Positions 1 through 10,462 are shown, numbered from the stretch's first letter. The stretch: 64,000 nt of DNA from Ferruginibacter sp. (GCA_046329655.1 JAXLUD010000007.1:52282-116281); one strand, 5' to 3'. Translations and numbers: made by a program. The notes: generated by a model from the letters alone, not told the origin.

Positions 1-70
1 GGGTGCAGGTTTTGGGGCTGACAATATTCCTCCGTGAAAATCAACTTAGTCATCGGGTGTAAAATTACAT

Positions 71-100
71 AAAAAAAATCCCGCCGGAGAACCGGAGGGA
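71..100 (-). terminator. intrinsic terminator after L31 gene
   Basis: Stem tcccgccgg/ccggaggga (79-100, one mismatch). A8 at 71-78 on the + strand gives a U-tract after the stem on the - strand, just past the L31 stop. Confidence 0.6.
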
Positions 101-155
101 CTTAAAGTATAGCCATGAAAAACAAACTTGAGCTAAAGATAATGATCTCCAGCAA

Positions 156-410
156 TTATTTTGTCTTTTTTTCGTAACGTTTTTTGAACTTGTCGATACG
201 GCCTGCAGTATCCACCAATACATTCTTACCAGTATAGAAAGGGTGAGACGTATTAGAAATCTCTAATTTAATGAGAGGATACTCGTTACCGTCTTCCCAT
301 TTCACAGTTTCTTTGCTGTGTGCGGTAGAGCGGCTCAAAAATGAGTAACCATTACTCATATCTTTAAATACAACAGTTTTGTAAGCTTCCGGATGAATTC
401 CCTTTTTCAT
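156..410 (-). CDS. rpmE: 50S ribosomal protein L31, type B (no CxxC zinc motif)
   Basis: The ORF spans 156..446, but the conserved N-terminus MKKGIHPE begins at the internal ATG at 410. SHPFYTG motif present; 84 aa. Confidence 0.9.
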   Translation of the reverse strand: MKKGIHPEAYKTVVFKDMSNGYSFLSRSTAHSKETVKWEDGNEYPLIKLEISNTSHPFYTGKNVLVDTAGRIDKFKKRYEKKTK

Positions 411-583
411 GTTTTTTAGTTTTGATGCACGGATTTTGCCGTACAATTTTTAAAGTGGGCAAAGATAAGGAGTTTTAGCCTTTTTTCTGTTTAAACTTTA
501 AAGTTTTATATCCTCCAAATTTCAACCCGGCAAACCAGGCCTGCCGGCGTACAACATGCAAAAAGTCTTTTACCGGGGACCAA

Positions 584-1075
584 TCAATTTTTCATATTCA
601 CCACCTGCAGTGCAATTTCGAGCCCCCAGCTTTTACTTGCATGTATAACAGCCTGCAAATCATCTATTTTTTTACCTGTTACACGAATGATATCATCCAT
701 GATGGCTGCCTGAACCTTTAACCCGGCATCTTTGATCAGTTTAACGATCTTCTTGGCATCTTCCTGTTTGATCCCGTTTCGAACAATCACTTCCTGCTTC
801 ATTACCTTACCGCTTTGATAAGGCTCCTTGCTGAAATCATAGATTTCGGCTGCCAGTCCCTGCTTCATGCTCCGGCTGATCATTACATCTTTTATCTGCC
901 CCAGCTTCATATCGCTGTCGGCTTCAATATTAACCTTGAAATCTTTTTTATTGAGATCGATCACCACATGGCTGCCTTTAAAATCAAACCGGTTGGTAAT
1001 TTCCTTTACTACGGTATTGATGGCATTGTCTAAGGTTTGCAGGTCAACTTTACTGCTAAAATCAAAAGATGGCAT
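584..1075 (-). CDS. yajQ: YajQ family nucleotide (cyclic-di-GMP)-binding protein
   Basis: 163 aa starting MPSFDFSSKVDLQ, with ..RFDFKG.. and IRVTGKKIDDLQAV; collinear with E. coli YajQ as I recall it. Confidence 0.85.
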   Translation of the reverse strand: MPSFDFSSKVDLQTLDNAINTVVKEITNRFDFKGSHVVIDLNKKDFKVNIEADSDMKLGQIKDVMISRSMKQGLAAEIYDFSKEPYQSGKVMKQEVIVRNGIKQEDAKKIVKLIKDAGLKVQAAIMDDIIRVTGKKIDDLQAVIHASKSWGLEIALQVVNMKN

Positions 1076-1096
1076 ACGCTAAATTTTTTCAAATGT

Positions 1097-1129
1097 AAAA
1101 AACCTGCCGCATAACTGCAGCAGGTTTTT
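1097..1129. terminator. bidirectional hairpin terminator
   Basis: aacctgc(1101-1107)/gcaggtt(1120-1126) flanked by an A-run and a T-run; follows the stop of the 1151..3604 gene on the - strand. Confidence 0.5.
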
Positions 1130-1150
1130 GCAACTGGTTTCCGGATAAGG

Positions 1151-3604
1151 TTAGTTGCCTCCTTTCACACGGTTTTGTTCGTCACCCGCTCCGCCGGTTT
1201 TACGCTTTTGCAAACCTTTTATCGGTTTGCCAAAATGGTAACTGAAACTGAGAGTGGCCACCCTGTTATCGCCATACTGACGGAACCTGGCTTCTGTACT
1301 CTGGAAATTGATATCGCCCTGCGGGTTACGGGTTTTCAAGATATCATTCACAGCAAATTTGATTGTGCCCTTATTTTTGATCACCTGTTTCTGGATGCCG
1401 GCATTCAATTGGCCGAGGGCCTTAATGGCAATCTGTCCTTCCACCCCTTTGGTGCGGTACCAGCCGCTGATTTCGGCACTCCAGCCTTTTTTGAATTTGA
1501 ACTGGTTATTGATGTTTGCCAGGAAAGTAGTGGCATGGGTGTCAATATCTTCGCCTGATGATAAAATTCCCTTGAATTGGTTGTATTTAGCTTCTGTATA
1601 CACCATGGTATTCCACCATTTTGTCACCCCTTTTTGAACGCTCACCGAAACACTTGCATCATTCATATGACCATAGTTACCCTGGCGCACAATGGTGGCA
1701 AAATCCTTTTGCTCAAACATTTCATTAAACAGGTCTTTGGTATAACTGTAGTTTACAGTTGTGGTCAAAAATTGTTTGAACGTGTGCGACAGTTCGAGTA
1801 CATGAGAGTACATGGGTTTCAGGAACGGGTTTCCTGCGCCGTATGTGTACTTATCAAGGAAGAACATGAAAGGATTCAGGTCTTCATAATCCGGCCGGTT
1901 GATCCTTCTGCCATAAGAAAAACTGAACTGGTTCTTTTCTGTGGGGTTGAATCCTACAAATACAGTCGGGAACAGGCTTGTATAACTGCGGTTGAAGGAT
2001 GAATCTTTGCGCTGCGGGTTTCCGTACTGGTATCCTTTATAGTTGGTATTCTCCAGGCGCAAACCGCTTTGCAGGCTCCATTTCTTCATTTCTTTGCTGA
2101 AGTTGATATAAGCGGCATTGATGTTTTCCTTGTAATCAAAACGGTTGGTTTTATCATAATCCGGGTTTTTGATATTGCCCACCAGGTTAAAATAACCGGC
2201 GGTATTATCGGTATTCACATAACTTGCTTTAAGCCCGGCTTCAAACTTCGCTCCTTTCTTTAGCGGCTGTGTATAATCCGTTTTGGCAGACAGGATATTG
2301 ATGGCCGAAGGAAGTTCACCCAACAAAATATCACTGTTTTTCAGCGACCAGCCTGCGGTATAACTGTTATTGCTGAAATACTGGTCTTTATTTGAATTGT
2401 AATTCAGGTAGTCCACATCGGCTGTAATTTCCCTGCCGGTTGAGTCAAACTGGTGCCTGAAGTTAAGGTTCACACTGCCGTTTTTCCATTTAGAATATTC
2501 GCTGTTACGTGCACTTACGATTGAATCCAGCGCACCGGAACTTCCCATCAGGTAACTGGTATTTTCGCCCGTTTGAGCAAAGGGGTTGGTTACACCCGAA
2601 ACCACAATACCCAGTGTTGTTTTGGTATTCAGGCTGTAATCAAGCCCGAATTTAGCATTATAATTACCACTGTGTTTGTTGGAAAAAGAGGTTTGCTCAA
2701 AAATTGCCTTAGTGGTTTTATCAGTATTTAAATAACGCCTGTAAATATCGAGCTGCTGAAAATTATTGCGGTAATTTGCACTCAGGGTACTGAACAGGTT
2801 TAATTTTCCATTCTTGTAATTCAGGTTAAGGCTGTTGCTGGTTTTTGAATAGATCCCCTGTGTATAAGCTGTACTGGCACTTCCGTTAAAACCCTTCTGC
2901 TTATTCTTTTTGGTTTTGATATTGATGATACCCGAACGGCCCGATGCATCATATTTTGCGGAAGGATTGGTCATCACTTCGATCTGATCGAGCTGGTTGG
3001 ATGACATATTGCGGAGCATATTCGTCAGTTCGGGGCCCGACAAATAAGTCTGTTTGCCATCCACCAAGATCATAACGCCCTGTTTGCCCTTGAGACTAAC
3101 ATTACCATCCTTATCCACAGTTACGCCCGGTGCTTTTTCAAGTACTTCCAGTGCCGTGCTCCCGGTACTGCTGATAGAAGACTCCACGTTCAGCACCGTT
3201 TTATCTGCCTTACGTTCAATGAATGGCTTTTTGGCAACAACTGTTACGCCTGCCAGGCTTTTTTCAGCCGGAACCAACTGAAGGGTACCTGCATTGAAAA
3301 ACGGGGTACTTTCAGAAATGGCAAATGCAGCACTGTAAACTTTAGAATGCCCGATTGAAGTGGCCATGAGGAGATAATTACCATTCCTGGTGTTTTCAAA
3401 AATGAATTTTCCCTCTTTGTCGGCCACGGCTGTTTTAACCACCGCAGAATCTTTTGCATTTAAAAGAGAAATAGAGGCAGCATCTATAATTTTTTGATTA
3501 CCACCATCTTTAATGTTTCCAGAAATTGACCCAGGATTGTTTGTTTGGGCTTGGCTGCACAAAGCAATAGTGCCTGCAACCAGGAGGTTGAACAGTTTTT
3601 TCAT
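1151..3604 (-). CDS. outer-membrane beta-barrel / TonB-dependent receptor-like protein with N-terminal carboxypeptidase-regulatory-like domain
   Basis: The signal peptide MKKLFNLLVAGTIALCSQAQ starts at the internal ATG at 3604. CarboxypepD_reg-like segment (GSISGNIKD...GNYLLMATSIGHS), long beta-rich body, C-terminal aromatic-rich strands. Confidence 0.75.
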   Translation of the reverse strand: MKKLFNLLVAGTIALCSQAQTNNPGSISGNIKDGGNQKIIDAASISLLNAKDSAVVKTAVADKEGKFIFENTRNGNYLLMATSIGHSKVYSAAFAISESTPFFNAGTLQLVPAEKSLAGVTVVAKKPFIERKADKTVLNVESSISSTGSTALEVLEKAPGVTVDKDGNVSLKGKQGVMILVDGKQTYLSGPELTNMLRNMSSNQLDQIEVMTNPSAKYDASGRSGIINIKTKKNKQKGFNGSASTAYTQGIYSKTSNSLNLNYKNGKLNLFSTLSANYRNNFQQLDIYRRYLNTDKTTKAIFEQTSFSNKHSGNYNAKFGLDYSLNTKTTLGIVVSGVTNPFAQTGENTSYLMGSSGALDSIVSARNSEYSKWKNGSVNLNFRHQFDSTGREITADVDYLNYNSNKDQYFSNNSYTAGWSLKNSDILLGELPSAINILSAKTDYTQPLKKGAKFEAGLKASYVNTDNTAGYFNLVGNIKNPDYDKTNRFDYKENINAAYINFSKEMKKWSLQSGLRLENTNYKGYQYGNPQRKDSSFNRSYTSLFPTVFVGFNPTEKNQFSFSYGRRINRPDYEDLNPFMFFLDKYTYGAGNPFLKPMYSHVLELSHTFKQFLTTTVNYSYTKDLFNEMFEQKDFATIVRQGNYGHMNDASVSVSVQKGVTKWWNTMVYTEAKYNQFKGILSSGEDIDTHATTFLANINNQFKFKKGWSAEISGWYRTKGVEGQIAIKALGQLNAGIQKQVIKNKGTIKFAVNDILKTRNPQGDINFQSTEARFRQYGDNRVATLSFSYHFGKPIKGLQKRKTGGAGDEQNRVKGGN

Positions 3605-3810
3605 GTCTATACTTTTTGTTTTTAATCCGGTGGCTAACCCGGAATTGGCTGTTTGAATAATGCAGTTAACGACCTGCAACTACTTCGTAAAGGTAGGTAC
3701 TTTGTTTTGCATAGTACATTGTTTTGTACTGGACGGCAAAATAAATGGATAGCCGGTAACTTGCACCAGCTATACGCCCATAAAGAAAGATTAGTTACAG
3801 CCTGGCGAAC

Positions 3811-5127
3811 TTAATTTCCAGAAGGTTTTTTGTTACGTAGTTGATAGAGGCAAAGCAATCCACCCGACACAATCAGCAAAAGGGCAATCACCTGGGCCTG
3901 GGACGGCTGAAAACCGAAGATATTATAGGTATCATTCACCCTGATCTTTTCAATGATGAACCGCTCCAGCCCGTTCAGGATGAGGTAAACACCAAACATC
4001 ACTCCTGCCGTCTTTATCCTGGTGCGTATGCCCCATAAAAATAAAAAGATCAGCAGCCCCATCACGGTTTCGTAAAAAGGAGTGGGAAATACGGGCAAAG
4101 GCAGCACCCGGTTATGCTCATCGGCATCGCCCGGAATTTTAATACCATCGATATTTACATTTTTGGGATAAGTATAGGCCACCATCCAAACAGGTAAAAA
4201 CGAAGGTGCTTTGACACTGATATGATGCACGGCATCCAGCGAAGGTGATCTCCGCCCGTTATAATCTGTGGATTCAGGTAATTTGCCATATAAAAAATAG
4301 GCAGAGTCCTTTTCAAGCGCTTTCCGGTATTCGCCCGGGTTTGCAAGTCTGACTGCCCCGGTATTGTCTGATACATAAGCGCTGTTATATACACCCCAGT
4401 CACCATCACCCGCAACCTGGCAGCCGATCCGCCCTACGGCATATGCCAGGATCAAAGCCGGCGCTGCCGCATCGACCAGGTGAACAATTTTGATTCCCTT
4501 TTTTGAAGCATACCATATAATCACAGCAGCCGCAACAATTAAGCCCCCGTAAAAGGTAAGTCCGCCAGCAGAAAACAGGCGCCCGACAGGATCCTTTACA
4601 AATTCATCCCAGTTTTCAAAACTGTCGAACAACTTAGCACCTAGTATTCCAAATACAAGTCCGAGTATTACAATATCCCCCACCCTGTCGTGCGGCCAGA
4701 TACGGACATTGCGGCGTTCTGGCTCCGTTAATTTTTGCTTGTTCTTTTCGTACCATTTCAAACCTGCCAGCGCTACTGCAAGCACCAGGCCTCCCAATAC
4801 ACTTCCCGCTGCAGAAAAAATATACGATTGCGGATTTACATCTTCGGGCCTGTTAAAAATGAGGCCGAACACTTTATAACCAAACACAAATCCGATCAGG
4901 GCGTTTATAATAAGGTCGGCCACCGAAGCCGGCCGCCCCACCGTGATCATTTCTTCGCGTGGCGACAGCAACCCGAGTTTTTCCTTACGCTTCAGTTCCT
5001 TTGAAAAAACAATGGCTGCCGCAACAAAGGATAATGCCACCATCAGTCCGAATGTATTCAGCACTCCCAGCGCTTTCCATTCCACACCAAACCAATCTTT
5101 AAAAACGTAGTATAAATTAGGATACAT
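3811..5127 (-). CDS. lgt: prolipoprotein diacylglyceryl transferase (long Bacteroidota form)
   Basis: N-terminus MYPNLYYVFKDWFGVEW, polytopic, GRIGCQVAGDGDWG motif region typical of Lgt-family proteins. Confidence 0.75.
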   Translation of the reverse strand: MYPNLYYVFKDWFGVEWKALGVLNTFGLMVALSFVAAAIVFSKELKRKEKLGLLSPREEMITVGRPASVADLIINALIGFVFGYKVFGLIFNRPEDVNPQSYIFSAAGSVLGGLVLAVALAGLKWYEKNKQKLTEPERRNVRIWPHDRVGDIVILGLVFGILGAKLFDSFENWDEFVKDPVGRLFSAGGLTFYGGLIVAAAVIIWYASKKGIKIVHLVDAAAPALILAYAVGRIGCQVAGDGDWGVYNSAYVSDNTGAVRLANPGEYRKALEKDSAYFLYGKLPESTDYNGRRSPSLDAVHHISVKAPSFLPVWMVAYTYPKNVNIDGIKIPGDADEHNRVLPLPVFPTPFYETVMGLLIFLFLWGIRTRIKTAGVMFGVYLILNGLERFIIEKIRVNDTYNIFGFQPSQAQVIALLLIVSGGLLCLYQLRNKKPSGN

Positions 5128-5189
5128 AATATGCGGCGTTGTTTTAAAACATGCAATATATCCAATTATTTAAAGCCGGTGTTCACAGG

Positions 5190-5216
5190 CAAAAAAAATC
5201 CCGCCATGGGCGGGAT
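5190..5216 (-). terminator. intrinsic terminator after bacilliredoxin gene
   Basis: atcccgcc-atgg-ggcgggat hairpin (5198-5216) with an A-run at 5190-5198 on the + strand (U-tract on the - strand). Confidence 0.7.
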
Positions 5217-5240
5217 AAAATACTAACCATCGTAATAATA

Positions 5241-5657
5241 TTAATTGCAGTGCTGGTCAAATGCACCAATCAGGTTTTCTGCGATCATTTGTGCGCTGCG
5301 GCCTTCTATCATATGCCTTTCAACAAAGTGTACCAGCTGGCCGTCTTTAAACAAGGCAATAGAAGGTGATGATGGCGGGTAAGGCAACAGGTGTTCCCTT
5401 ATTTTTTTCACCGCTTCCACATCAAATCCTGCAAAACTGGTTGTAAGATGATCAGGTTTTTTGGCGCTGTTGTGCACGGCCATTAAAACGCCGGGTCTCG
5501 CTGTACCTGCACTGCAGCCACAAACTGAATTGATCACCACCAGTGTGGTGCCTTTATCGTTCAATGTTTGTTCAACAGCATCTGCCGTAAGCATCTCAGA
5601 AAAACCATTTTCTGTCAGCTCCTCTTTCATTGGAATTACAATTTCTTCCGGATACAT
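5241..5657 (-). CDS. BrxA/BrxB-family bacilliredoxin (DUF1094, thioredoxin-like)
   Basis: MYPEEIVIPMKEELTENGF...VVINSVCGCSAG: CGC active-site motif and overall similarity to B. subtilis YphP/YqiW. Start taken at the internal ATG at 5657. Confidence 0.8.
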   Translation of the reverse strand: MYPEEIVIPMKEELTENGFSEMLTADAVEQTLNDKGTTLVVINSVCGCSAGTARPGVLMAVHNSAKKPDHLTTSFAGFDVEAVKKIREHLLPYPPSSPSIALFKDGQLVHFVERHMIEGRSAQMIAENLIGAFDQHCN

Positions 5658-5896
5658 AGTTTTTGTAGATTTTTTAGAATACAAATGTACAGACAGATCA
5701 CCGGATGGCGAAACATTGATTTTTCACAGGTGTGAAAGCAGCTGTTCGGCAATTATGTCACATAGAAACCAGTAAAGCAGACAAACTGGCGCGAAAATTT
5801 GATTCAACATGCAATTCCTGCATAAAAATTCCGCTGGAACAAATTTTGAACATATGGTTCTGTCATCAACAATTAAAAAACTAAAAATATAAGACT

Positions 5897-6337
5897 ATGA
5901 CACTCGTAAGAACAACAAACCCTTTCGGTAAATCTTTTGATGGTTTAATGAATGAATTATTCAATGAACTGCCTTCAAACCTGGGCAAAACCTTCAGGGA
6001 AGATGTATGGGCATTTCCGGCCGTAAACATCACCGAACAAAATGATGTTTACCAGTTACAGTTATCAGCTCCCGGTTACGACAAAGCTGATTTTAACCTG
6101 AAACTGGATGGCAATATGTTAACCATCAGTGCAGAGAAGAAAGCAGAAAATAAAGCCGAAAACGAAAAAACAATCCGTAAGGAATTCAGTGTAAAAAGCT
6201 TTAAGCGCAGTTTTACCGTGGATGAAAAAATTGACGCCGGCAACATTACAGCCAAATATGAAAATGGCATTTTACATGTTGACCTGCCCAAAAAAGAAGA
6301 AGTAAAAGCTGTTGCCAAACAAATCGCAATTCAGTAA
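5897..6337 (+). CDS. Hsp20/alpha-crystallin small heat-shock protein
   Basis: 146 aa with an alpha-crystallin domain pattern (AVNITE..Y.L.L.APG..K.DF.L....LTISAEKK...F.RSFTV...GILHVDLPKK). Confidence 0.85.
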   Translation: MTLVRTTNPFGKSFDGLMNELFNELPSNLGKTFREDVWAFPAVNITEQNDVYQLQLSAPGYDKADFNLKLDGNMLTISAEKKAENKAENEKTIRKEFSVKSFKRSFTVDEKIDAGNITAKYENGILHVDLPKKEEVKAVAKQIAIQ

Positions 6338-6370
6338 GAGTTTTTATAGCATACAGTTGGTTTTGATTTA

Positions 6371-6401
6371 ATCCCCGTTATTCTTAACGGGGATTTTTTT
6401 T
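6371..6401 (+). terminator. intrinsic terminator after hsp20
   Basis: 10-bp stem atccccgtta/taacggggat with loop ttct, followed by T8. Confidence 0.8.
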
Positions 6402-6890
6402 CTATTTACCAGCCAGTCTTTTTTTTCTCTTTTCCATCCAGTCATCTTCTTTTCCGGCAGTAAAGGCCTGGATCAGTGCTATGATAAAAAGCAGGGCGAT
6501 ATTGCCGGCGAGAAAGGCAATACTGTAACTGCTGAAGTAACCGATATCATATGTACCGGCCGTTAATTTAAAGTAATACCACAGGTCGGCCACCAGCACC
6601 ACCATGCAAACACAAAATGCCAGCACAAATAAAAGCTGCGAAATTATTTTTACAGGACACGACGGATGCTTTTTTGTGCGGCTGATAAATATATAATATA
6701 CCGCCGCAAAAAGTGCCGGAGGAAGTGCCACTACGACCAGTTCATAGAACACATCCACCGGGTGTGAGGCAAACACTTTGAAAAAGCCATAAAAGAACCC
6801 GATAAAAAGCGCCACTATAACCGGTACGGCCAGGAACAATCCAAATACCAGGAAATAAAGCTTTGAATATTTTGTAAACCGGTCTTCCAT
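6402..6890 (-). CDS. hypothetical polytopic membrane protein
   Basis: 162 aa with four hydrophobic segments; tightly packed with the downstream M42 gene. No family recognised. Confidence 0.55.
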   Translation of the reverse strand: MEDRFTKYSKLYFLVFGLFLAVPVIVALFIGFFYGFFKVFASHPVDVFYELVVVALPPALFAAVYYIFISRTKKHPSCPVKIISQLLFVLAFCVCMVVLVADLWYYFKLTAGTYDIGYFSSYSIAFLAGNIALLFIIALIQAFTAGKEDDWMEKRKKRLAGK

Positions 6891-6892
6891 AT

Positions 6893-8002
6893 TTAGCTGA
6901 AATAACTCAGGTTGGTTTTAGGGGTGAGCGAAAGCAGTGTTTCATACATCAGCCTGATGGTATTTTCAATATCATCCTTGTGAAGCATTTCAACCGTGGT
7001 ATGCATGTACCGGAGCGGTATCGAAATCAGCACAGAAGGGCATCCGTCATTGGCATACGCAAAAGAATCCGTATCTGTGCCCGTACTCCTGCTTACTGCA
7101 CGAAGCTGCACGGGGATTTTATTTTTGGCAGCCGTATCCTGTACAAAATCCAGTAGTTTGTTATGCACGGCCGGTCCGTATGCCAGCGATGGTCCCTTAC
7201 CACAGGCGCAGTCTCCCTCAATAATTTTATTGATCATCGGGGTGGTGGTATCATGGGTTACATCTGTAATGATGGCCACATTTGGTTTGATACGGCGGGC
7301 AATCATTTCCGCCCCACGCAAACCAATTTCTTCCTGCACCGCATTCACTACGTATAAACCAAAGGGCAGTTTTTTACGGTTTTGTTTCAGCAGGCGGGCC
7401 ACTTCAGCAATCATAAAACCACCCACACGGTTATCAAAGGCACGGCCGATCAGGTAATCATATGCCAGCTCTTCATACCCCTCTTCATAGGTTGCCACCG
7501 CCCCAATATGAATCCCGAGGGAAGCCACTTCATTTTTATTACGTGCACCACAATCGAGGAACAGGTTATCTACTTTGGGCTGGGCTTCTTTTCCATCGTT
7601 ATTGCTGAGCCTTGTATGAATTGCGGGCCAGCCAAACACCGCTTTTACCGGTCCTTTTTTTCCATGAATGATCACCCGTTTTGCCGGCGCAATCTGGTGA
7701 TCCACTCCCCCGTTGCGCTTTAAATATATAAGCCCTTCGGGAGAAATATAATTTACAAACCAGCTGATTTCATCGGCATGTGCTTCAATAACCACTTTGA
7801 AGGTTGAGGAGGGATTGATCACCCCCACCGCCGTACCATAAGGATCTGTAAAATGCGTATCCACCAGGGGTTTCACATAATTGAGCCACAATTTTTGGCC
7901 ACCGCTTTCAAAACCCGTTGGAGAAGCTGTATTGATATAATCTTTCAGAAAACCATACGATTCCTTCGTTAAGATGCTTTTCGTTTTTTTTGAACTGGCC
8001 AT
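6893..8002 (-). CDS. M42 family metallopeptidase (FrvX/glutamyl aminopeptidase-like)
   Basis: 369 aa; AFDNRVG, VQEEIGLRGA and TTPM...H motifs characteristic of M42 peptidases. Confidence 0.8.
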   Translation of the reverse strand: MASSKKTKSILTKESYGFLKDYINTASPTGFESGGQKLWLNYVKPLVDTHFTDPYGTAVGVINPSSTFKVVIEAHADEISWFVNYISPEGLIYLKRNGGVDHQIAPAKRVIIHGKKGPVKAVFGWPAIHTRLSNNDGKEAQPKVDNLFLDCGARNKNEVASLGIHIGAVATYEEGYEELAYDYLIGRAFDNRVGGFMIAEVARLLKQNRKKLPFGLYVVNAVQEEIGLRGAEMIARRIKPNVAIITDVTHDTTTPMINKIIEGDCACGKGPSLAYGPAVHNKLLDFVQDTAAKNKIPVQLRAVSRSTGTDTDSFAYANDGCPSVLISIPLRYMHTTVEMLHKDDIENTIRLMYETLLSLTPKTNLSYFS

Positions 8003-8027
8003 TTAACTGTTATTTAGAGAGGCAAAA

Positions 8028-8858
8028 TTAACTAATCGACACCATAAATGTGATAGCTGCAGAAAAGAGCATGAGTCCGTCGACCCAGAAATAATAAAAA
8101 AAGTAACCCTGCTTTTTCAGCGACAAAAAGTAAGTTACCGCCACAGCAAGCCCGGTCAGCAGCAGGGCGGCTATTTGCCCGGTTTCATTATAATGTAACC
8201 GGTATATAATCCCCGTAGTGATATAGGCCGCAAACAGCACCACCATAATGAGTCGTACAGTAAATGGCCTGAACATGGTGGTAAGACTTTCGAGTCCCCT
8301 TATTTTATCAATATGGGTATCCCTTGCGTCGAAGATGATACAAAGCATCAGCATAAATAAAAAGCGGATCAAAAAAAGCAGCAACAACGCTTTGGTATCA
8401 GCGGCATGGATATGACTGTATGGGATATACACCACCGTAAAGGCCCAGGTAAATGCCAGCAAGGCTGTTTTCAACAGGCCTGCCCTGCGAGCAAACTGCA
8501 AACTTTTAAAAGGAAGCAGGGGTACGGCGTAAATAAGTGTAAGCGCAGCTGAGACTGTGATCACAGGTAACAATCCCTGCAGGTGTTGCAAAGAGAACAG
8601 TAATCCGGCAGCAGCAAAGAACAGTACCAGCCCGTTGGTATAATACCGGCGCAGGTGCTTCATAAAATCGCCCCGGGAAAAAGAGTAACTGCTGAGCAAC
8701 CAGTAAAAATTATAGCTGCAGATGGTGGAAAAAAATACAAACAGATAAAACCAGTAACTGAGATCAGCCTTCAGCAGGATGGCTGTTTGAAAACACTGGG
8801 CCGCGGCACAGGCAGCAATAAAAAGGGAATGCGAAACGATGAACCTGAACCATTTCAT
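8028..8858 (-). CDS. hypothetical polytopic membrane protein (possibly UbiA-like prenyltransferase fold)
   Basis: 276 aa, 7-8 hydrophobic helices. The Asp-rich loop IFDARDTHIDK is reminiscent of UbiA motifs; the family call is weak. Confidence 0.5.
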   Translation of the reverse strand: MKWFRFIVSHSLFIAACAAAQCFQTAILLKADLSYWFYLFVFFSTICSYNFYWLLSSYSFSRGDFMKHLRRYYTNGLVLFFAAAGLLFSLQHLQGLLPVITVSAALTLIYAVPLLPFKSLQFARRAGLLKTALLAFTWAFTVVYIPYSHIHAADTKALLLLFLIRFLFMLMLCIIFDARDTHIDKIRGLESLTTMFRPFTVRLIMVVLFAAYITTGIIYRLHYNETGQIAALLLTGLAVAVTYFLSLKKQGYFFYYFWVDGLMLFSAAITFMVSIS

Positions 8859-9304
8859 CAGGGTATATAGTAAATGGGTTTCCCTGTCCTGAGCACATTG
8901 CTTTTATTCTTTGCAAAATCCTTTATGTAAATATCAAAATAAATCGTATCCCTTACATTGACCGGCACACCGATAAACTGTTTCATGAAAATTTCAATAT
9001 CCGCTTCAAAATTTTTGCCTGCAATGGGCTTGATATTTGGCAGGTAGGCTGAATCAAATTTATTGGTACGCAGGTTTTTTATATATATCATGGAAGTGTC
9101 CTGGCCATTGATGAATCCAAGGTCGCCTTCTGCGTCGGTAACATGCAGGGTGATCACCGGGTAATCTTCATCAGCGATAAGTCCGCCCCGGTAAAAATCA
9201 GGTTTTACAGACACAAAACTCAGTTGCGGTTCAGATGTAAACTTATCTTTTTTACAGGAAGCAATTAATATTCCGCCTATAGCAATGAGTAGGATGTACC
9301 GCAT
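8858..9304 (-). CDS. hypothetical lipoprotein
   Basis: 148 aa with a lipobox-like signal MRYILLIAIGGILIASC. Confidence 0.6.
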   Translation of the reverse strand: MRYILLIAIGGILIASCKKDKFTSEPQLSFVSVKPDFYRGGLIADEDYPVITLHVTDAEGDLGFINGQDTSMIYIKNLRTNKFDSAYLPNIKPIAGKNFEADIEIFMKQFIGVPVNVRDTIYFDIYIKDFAKNKSNVLRTGKPIYYIP

Positions 9305-9339
9305 TATTGTAATTTTGTAATCAAATTTAATGATAGTAA

Positions 9340-10359
9340 TTGAAACAACCCGTTAAAAATATTGACCTTGAGCGAGACATTTTTGCTGCCCGGGACAGTA
9401 ATTTTAACGAACTGGCGCTTGCAGTGTTTCATTTCCAGTACGAACATAATACCATTTACAGGAAGTATTGCGACTTACTGCATACCAGCCCTGCTGCCAT
9501 TAACAGCATTGAAAAAATACCTTTCCTGCCCATCAGTTTTTTTAAAACCCACAGCGTTATCTCGACGTCATTTGAAGCCGAAGCGGTTTTTGAAAGCAGC
9601 GGCACCTCGGGCATGGAAAGCAGCAGGCACCATGTTAAAAAAACCGCATTGTACGAGAAGAGTTTTATAAAGGGGTTTGAACATTTTTATGGGGCACCTT
9701 CGGGCAAATGCATATTGGGGCTGTTACCATCCTATCTTGAAAGAGGCCACTCCTCGCTTGTTTACATGGTGAATAAGCTGGCCGGAATGAGCCAGCACAA
9801 ACTGAGCGGCTTTTACCTGGATGATTTTGAAAAACTCCGCACCACCATTTTACACAACGAAATTCTTAAACAACCTACTTTATTGATCGGCGTTACTTAT
9901 GCACTGCTTGATTTTGCTGAACAAAATCCGATGCAGCTCCGTCATACCATTATTATGGAAACCGGCGGCATGAAGGGACGCAGGGAAGAAATAACCCGCA
10001 GGCAGGTACACGGCATGTTACAACAACAACTGGGTACGGGCCTGGTGCATTCTGAATATGGCATGACGGAACTGTTGTCACAGGCATATTCAAAAGGCGA
10101 TGGTATTTTTCATTGCAGCCCATGGATGAAAATTCTCATCAGGGATGAAGATGATCCGTTTGCGGTAAAGCAAGCAGGTGATAACATGAACAAACAGCAG
10201 CAAACGGGCTGCATCAATATCATTGACCTGGCCAATATATACAGCTGCAGTTTTATTGCCACTGAGGATACGGGCAGGCTTTTCAGTGATGGCAGCTTTG
10301 AAGTTTTAGGCCGGATGGATAACAGCGATGCCCGCGGTTGCAGTCTGATGGCGGTTTAA
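9340..10359 (+). CDS. LuxE/PaaK-like acyl-protein synthetase family protein (annotated acyltransferase in Bacteroidota)
   Basis: 339 aa; N-terminal F..LAL.VF.FQY..N..Y, IPFLPISFFK and SSGTSG adenylation-type motif. TTG start at 9340 is uncertain. Confidence 0.65.
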   Translation: MKQPVKNIDLERDIFAARDSNFNELALAVFHFQYEHNTIYRKYCDLLHTSPAAINSIEKIPFLPISFFKTHSVISTSFEAEAVFESSGTSGMESSRHHVKKTALYEKSFIKGFEHFYGAPSGKCILGLLPSYLERGHSSLVYMVNKLAGMSQHKLSGFYLDDFEKLRTTILHNEILKQPTLLIGVTYALLDFAEQNPMQLRHTIIMETGGMKGRREEITRRQVHGMLQQQLGTGLVHSEYGMTELLSQAYSKGDGIFHCSPWMKILIRDEDDPFAVKQAGDNMNKQQQTGCINIIDLANIYSCSFIATEDTGRLFSDGSFEVLGRMDNSDARGCSLMAV

Positions 10360-10434
10360 CAGGGTTTATTCACAATTTTATTTTTTTGGTGTAAAAAATC
10401 CTTTTTTTGATGTTGATTTTTAATTGAATACCCC

Positions 10435-10442
10435 TATCTTTG
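10435..10442 (+). promoter_or_regulatory. Bacteroidota -7 promoter box TAnnTTTG
   Basis: TATCTTTG lies 21 nt upstream of the mature tRNA-Lys 5' end and matches the established Bacteroidetes sigmaA -7 consensus. Confidence 0.6.
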
Positions 10443-10462
10443 CAATCCAAAATTTTTGAGGC

